Both the position numbers and the translations under genes were made by a program. From positions 256,001-320,000 of the forward strand of contig CBDAOC010000019.1 of NCBI GenBank assembly GCA_965197925.1: a stretch of DNA of 64,000 nucleotides, given 5' to 3'. Under the pieces are notes generated by a model that worked only from the letters and a program-made list of their open reading frames with translations, did not search any database and was not told the DNA's origin. Of this stretch, positions 58,621 through 64,000 are shown one piece after another; the stretch's first letter is position 1, and the number at the start of each line of letters is the position of its first letter. Origin of the DNA: Nitrososphaerales archaeon (GTDB lineage Archaea > Thermoproteota > Nitrososphaeria > Nitrososphaerales > UBA213).

Positions 58621-59416
58621 GCTGCCTCAGACCCTTCGTCTCAAACCTTACAAAAGTTGCATCATGCTTATATCTTGCTATCTTGATATTGTCTTCACGT
58701 TTTGTTTCAAGAACAACCTGACCGTCAACAATTATTTTTGAATCAAAGTTACTGCTTATTTCTATCGGTTCATCGGGGAATATTAATGGTGGCATTCTAT
58801 TAACTGTATTCATTGGAGTTAACAAAAGAACATTAAGCTCTTCATACAGAACAGGACCGCCTACAGAGTATGAATGTCCAGTTGATCCAGTAGGAGTTGA
58901 AATAATTATTCCATCCATTCTCTGCTGTATTTCATCCTGTTTGAACTTTATCGTGAATGTAGGAGTTCTTGTAACATTGATTCTGCTTATAAAAACCTCA
59001 TTCAACGCAGGTACTGAATTTATTTGGTTTATTGATGCGTATATTCGCATTCTTTTTTCCAAATGAAACGAGTTTGAAAAGATCTTTTGCAAACTTGTGT
59101 TAACTTCATCAGCATGTACAGTTGCTAAGATTCCACGGGTCCCACCAGCTTTAATACTGAATATGGCTACACTTTTGGTAAGGCACCTAACAACTTTTAA
59201 GGTAGTACCATCACCACCAACAGCTATCGCAAGATCGATTTCCTTCTCAATTAATTCATCTATTTTACTTAGCATAGTTCCTTTTTCTACAATAAATGGT
59301 GATATAGTATAAACTTGAGACCCCCCTTCCTGTAGAAGTTTTACAACTTTCCTCGATATTCGTTCTGCAAGGGGGCTATTTTGCTTAGTAACAATAGCTA
59401 CATTATGGATGTTCAT
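58601..59416 (-). CDS. nadK: NAD(+) kinase
   Basis: GGDGT, LNE, DGIIISTPTGSTGHSYSVGGP. Confidence 0.95.
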   Translation of the reverse strand: MNIHNVAIVTKQNSPLAERISRKVVKLLQEGGSQVYTISPFIVEKGTMLSKIDELIEKEIDLAIAVGGDGTTLKVVRCLTKSVAIFSIKAGGTRGILATVHADEVNTSLQKIFSNSFHLEKRMRIYASINQINSVPALNEVFISRINVTRTPTFTIKFKQDEIQQRMDGIIISTPTGSTGHSYSVGGPVLYEELNVLLLTPMNTVNRMPPLIFPDEPIEISSNFDSKIIVDGQVVLETKREDNIKIARYKHDATFVRFETKGLRQLAKLGF

Positions 59417-59635
59417 TTGGAATATTGTGTAGTGTAATTGGCATAAAATCCTTGCGAGTATCTACATTATATTTAAGTATCTTTTGGCGTTTAATTTTCA
59501 ATAGATTTCTGCTCGAAAATAAAAGTGTGATTTATCTCACATCATATTTTCATAGTACATTCCATAAAACTTGCAACATACCCGACTTCGTATTTTGTTA
59601 TTTGACACTTACCATTCTAAGGTGATTTACATTAG

Positions 59636-60580
59636 GCTGTGTGGAAACCATAGATGTTAACCCATTGTATATAGAATTGCACGTGAGATCAATTAGTTAG
59701 ATACCTAACATGCCTATGCATGAAAGAGTCTAGATATGTCAAACTTGCCAAAACTATGTTAGATGTGTTAATGACGGTCAAAATGCCTCTCTATGTGTAC
59801 AGGAAGAGCAATTTCATCTATACTGAATGGCAACACCTTATCCTTCTAACAGTAAGCCATTATGAAGAGAAGAGCTACAGAAGGCTCGTAGAATTGCTCT
59901 ATGAAGGATTCTATCTTAGAATGTATCTACAGAAAGTCCAATATTATGCAACTCTTCAGAAGTTTGCTGCAAGATTAGATGGTAGCACACTACAGAATAT
60001 TTTTTCATTCATTATTCTTAACAAGATTAGGAAATTGTTCTTAGGAATAGATGTATCTGGATTCAGAACCAGCAATGCATTGTCATGCTATACGGATAGA
60101 ACAGGAATAAGGAAAAAGTACATCAATCTATCTATAGGTGCTGAATTAAGAGAGTAAACAGCATGCTCATTGAGGATAAGAAGGGTGACCACAATACCAT
60201 AGATTTCAGACTAATTACGGAAAGAATATCTAACATAATGCTACTCTTTAGTTGTAGCAGATAAAGTGTAATGATAGTGAAACAAATCATGAAATTGTAC
60301 AAGAACTTGATGCTGTTAGTATCATACCAGCTAGATATGAAGATATTTCAATATTGAGAACCCATGAAAGATACAGCAAGCAAATGAAGAGGAGATTCTA
60401 TACAAGTCTATATCATCATAGAAACAAGAATGAGACGATAATGTCTATGGTAAAGTGAATATTTGGTGAGTATATAGCATCAAGGCTGGCCAAGATGTAG
60501 AATAGGGAACTGATGTCCAGAGTGATAGCCTACAACATGCTTAGATTGACTGTATTTATAGTATGGTTTTTACAGATCCC
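59636..60580 (+). mobile_element. Degenerate IS5-family element
   Basis: Imperfect TIRs GGCTGTGTGGAAACCATA / TATGGTTTTTACAGATCC; transposase remnants (YTEWQHL, SYRRLVELL, GIDVSGF, VVADK) with many stops. Confidence 0.7.
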
Positions 60581-60703
60581 TACACATTACCGAAATGTAT
60601 TATCTATAACCTTCAATACATGAATTATTTATCAGAACATGGTACATCTTGTTAGGTGGAAACACAACAAAATCCGGTAACAATTTAAATATGATCGAAA
60701 GAT

Positions 60704-61564
60704 ATGAGAGAGGAAATGAGTTACGTACATGGTGAAGTTGTGGTAGAAACAAATTGGGTTGCGGAGCATATTAACGACTCCAAAGTAAGGGTGGTAGAAG
60801 TGGACTATAATCCAGAAAACGCGTATAATCAAGGACATGTGAAGAACGCAGGGCTTGCATGGTGGAAGCGGGACATAAATGATCCGGTAAGACGAGACAT
60901 AATCAGCTCAAAACAATACGAGGAGTTGATGGGCAGGATGGGAGTAACACAGGATACTACATTAGTACTTTATGGAGATTTTAATAACTGGTTCGCCGCC
61001 TTCGCGTTTTGGGTCTTCAAGTATTATGGACATGAAGATGTGAGAATAATGAACGGCGGTAGAAAGAAATGGGAAACTGAAAACAAGGAGTATGTAAAAG
61101 ATGAACCAAAATTCCAGATAACAACATATACCTCAAAACCTCCAAACGAAGAATTGAGGTCATATTTGCCTGAAGTGAGAAAGATAGTTGATACAAAGGA
61201 TCCAAACTGGGCAATGGTGGACGTTAGATCACCTAAAGAGTATAATGGAGAGATAACGGCTCCTCCTGAATATCCAACAGAGCATGCACAAAGGGGCGGA
61301 CACATTCCTGGGGCTGCAAATATAGCATGGGCGCAGGCCGTGAAAGATGATGGAACATTCAAATCTTTTGAGGAATTGAAGCAGTTGTATCAGAGCAAGG
61401 GAATAACCCCAGATAAGAATATTATAGCGTATTGCAGAATCGGAGAAAGATCATCACATACATGGTTTGTACTGAAATATCTATTAGGATATCAGAATGT
61501 AAAGAACTATGATGGTTCATGGACAGAATGGGGTAACATGATTCGCAATCCGATAGAAAAGTGA
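60704..61564 (+). CDS. Two-domain rhodanese/thiosulfate sulfurtransferase
   Basis: VVEVD, LYGDFNNWFAA, GHIPGA, YCRIGERSS, YDGSWTEW. Confidence 0.95.
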   Translation: MREEMSYVHGEVVVETNWVAEHINDSKVRVVEVDYNPENAYNQGHVKNAGLAWWKRDINDPVRRDIISSKQYEELMGRMGVTQDTTLVLYGDFNNWFAAFAFWVFKYYGHEDVRIMNGGRKKWETENKEYVKDEPKFQITTYTSKPPNEELRSYLPEVRKIVDTKDPNWAMVDVRSPKEYNGEITAPPEYPTEHAQRGGHIPGAANIAWAQAVKDDGTFKSFEELKQLYQSKGITPDKNIIAYCRIGERSSHTWFVLKYLLGYQNVKNYDGSWTEWGNMIRNPIEK

Positions 61565-61872
61565 AGGTAATGGGTAAAGACCAAAATCTCCTTAAGAAAG
61601 GAGAATTCTTCTTTATTTATGATGAAGATTCCAATATAATTCTTGAGGATAAAACAAAGCGTGGTCTTACTGTAATAGAACTATCTGCGGATGAGAAATT
61701 TGGTATAGAATCCGAAAAAGGCATGATCCATGATCAAGATGGCATCGGTCATAAGGTATCAATTCGATGGTATTTTCCCAAATCAAGATTTGTATATGGG
61801 GATGTATTAAAAAAAGGCATGGAAATGGAAGAGCGTTATAGAAAAATAAGGGAAATGACCTGTCCTGACTAA
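61561..61872 (+). CDS. Conserved hypothetical protein ending in TCPD
   Basis: GTGA overlap with the rhodanese stop; 103-aa ORF. Confidence 0.75.
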   Translation: MKVMGKDQNLLKKGEFFFIYDEDSNIILEDKTKRGLTVIELSADEKFGIESEKGMIHDQDGIGHKVSIRWYFPKSRFVYGDVLKKGMEMEERYRKIREMTCPD

Positions 61873-61876
61873 GTAA

Positions 61877-62950
<1,074 letters not shown>

Positions 62951-63031
62951 CCCCTATAATTGTATGGGTGTTCATTTTCTGTTCAATTTTACAAAACAGT
63001 ATATATAGTTAATAACGAGAAAATAGGTTGA

Positions 63032-64000
63032 ATGCTCGCTTATATATCATTTGTATTTTTTATCACCGTCTCTTGGATTATGTCCCTTTACAGTTTGAAT
63101 TTTTACTATCTTGTATACATGTCTTGGAAAAATAGTAGGGAAGTAAAGTCAGTCGAGAATGGGTTTCCCATGGTAACAGTTCAGCTTCCAATATTCAACG
63201 AGAAGTATGTTTCCGCCAGACTAATTCAATCAGTATGTGCAATGGATTATCCTAAAGATAGGTTACAGATACAAGTTCTTGATGATTCAACTGATGATAC
63301 TAAAGACCTCTGTCAGAATATTGTAGAACGTTATAGGACGCTAGGGTATGATATAGAGCATGTAAGAAGGAAGAGTAGAGCAGGTTACAAAGCTGGTGCA
63401 TTAACAGAGGGGATGAAAACCACAAAAGGTGAGTTTATAGCTATATTTGACGCAGATTTTGTTCCCCCTAAATGGTTTTTGAGGAAAGCAATCAATTACT
63501 TTTCATCAGACAAGATTGGTATGATACAGTGTAGGTGGGGACATTTGAATGAAAATTACTCTCCATTGACTCAAGCACAGGCATTAAGTCTTGATTTTCA
63601 CTTTTTGATAGAACAGAAAGCCAAAAGTTTAACACATCTCTTCATGAACTTCAATGGTACAGCCGGTATATGGCGTAAGAGATGTATAGAAGATGCCGGG
63701 GGCTGGCAGGCTAACACTCTTGTTGAAGATATGGATTTGAGCTATAGAGCACAAATGAAAGGATGGCGTGCTTTGTTTTTGGATAAATTAGTATGTAATG
63801 GGGAAATCCCTGTTCAAATCAATGCAGCGAAGAGACAGCAGTACAGGTGGGCAAAAGGATCTATCCAGTGTGGCGTGAAACTTCTTGGAGATATAATAAC
63901 GAACAGGAAATTTCCACCAGACACAAAGATACAGGCATTCATTCAATTAACTAGGCATATAGTGCACCCATTGATGTTGATACAATTCTTATTTCTTCCA
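63032..64000 (+). CDS. Processive GT2 (cellulose-synthase-like), truncated by the window end
   Basis: Hand translation: VTVQLPIFNE, VLDDSTD, KAGAL, FDADF, LVEDMDL, QQYRW. Confidence 0.9.
   Translation, partial: MLAYISFVFFITVSWIMSLYSLNFYYLVYMSWKNSREVKSVENGFPMVTVQLPIFNEKYVSARLIQSVCAMDYPKDRLQIQVLDDSTDDTKDLCQNIVERYRTLGYDIEHVRRKSRAGYKAGALTEGMKTTKGEFIAIFDADFVPPKWFLRKAINYFSSDKIGMIQCRWGHLNENYSPLTQAQALSLDFHFLIEQKAKSLTHLFMNFNGTAGIWRKRCIEDAGGWQANTLVEDMDLSYRAQMKGWRALFLDKLVCNGEIPVQINAAKRQQYRWAKGSIQCGVKLLGDIITNRKFPPDTKIQAFIQLTRHIVHPLMLIQFLFLP

Noticed and set aside
59526..59541. Perfect CRP-like palindrome TGTGA-N6-TCACA upstream of NAD kinase
   Set aside because: Single occurrence, no cognate regulator in view, and plausible by chance in AT-rich DNA

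Overview
AT-rich archaeal DNA, almost certainly Nitrososphaerota (Thaumarchaeota), judged from S19e/PDCD5/Rpp21, Nep1, Nob1, short XPF, a CFI-box-CTERM protein, DUF192 and a Zn-type ferredoxin fusion. The housekeeping blocks are intact: nep1-hemL-hemC-cobA-hemD-sufB-sufD-Rieske-sufS-sufU, pgk, bcp, guaB, purN-folD-5-formyl-THF cyclo-ligase, NAD kinase/nob1 and rhodanese/ferredoxin. They alternate with heavily eroded accessory DNA. The main accessory region (about 13.4-28.7 kb, minus strand) looks like a sulfated surface-glycan locus: APS kinase, one full and two partial sulfotransferases, a flippase, GT2s, two large polytopic membrane proteins and an epimerase. It also holds three pieces of one uncharacterised Cys-patterned surface-protein family and a 1.1-kb two-gene cassette bounded by 22-bp direct repeats. 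Mobile DNA comprises four mosaic copies of a ~1.09-kb DDE IS, an IS5 that interrupts a membrane gene, several IS remnants and a dead tyrosine integrase just downstream of guaB. I saw no tRNA, rRNA or CRISPR array. All calls are from motif recognition by eye; no database searches were run.
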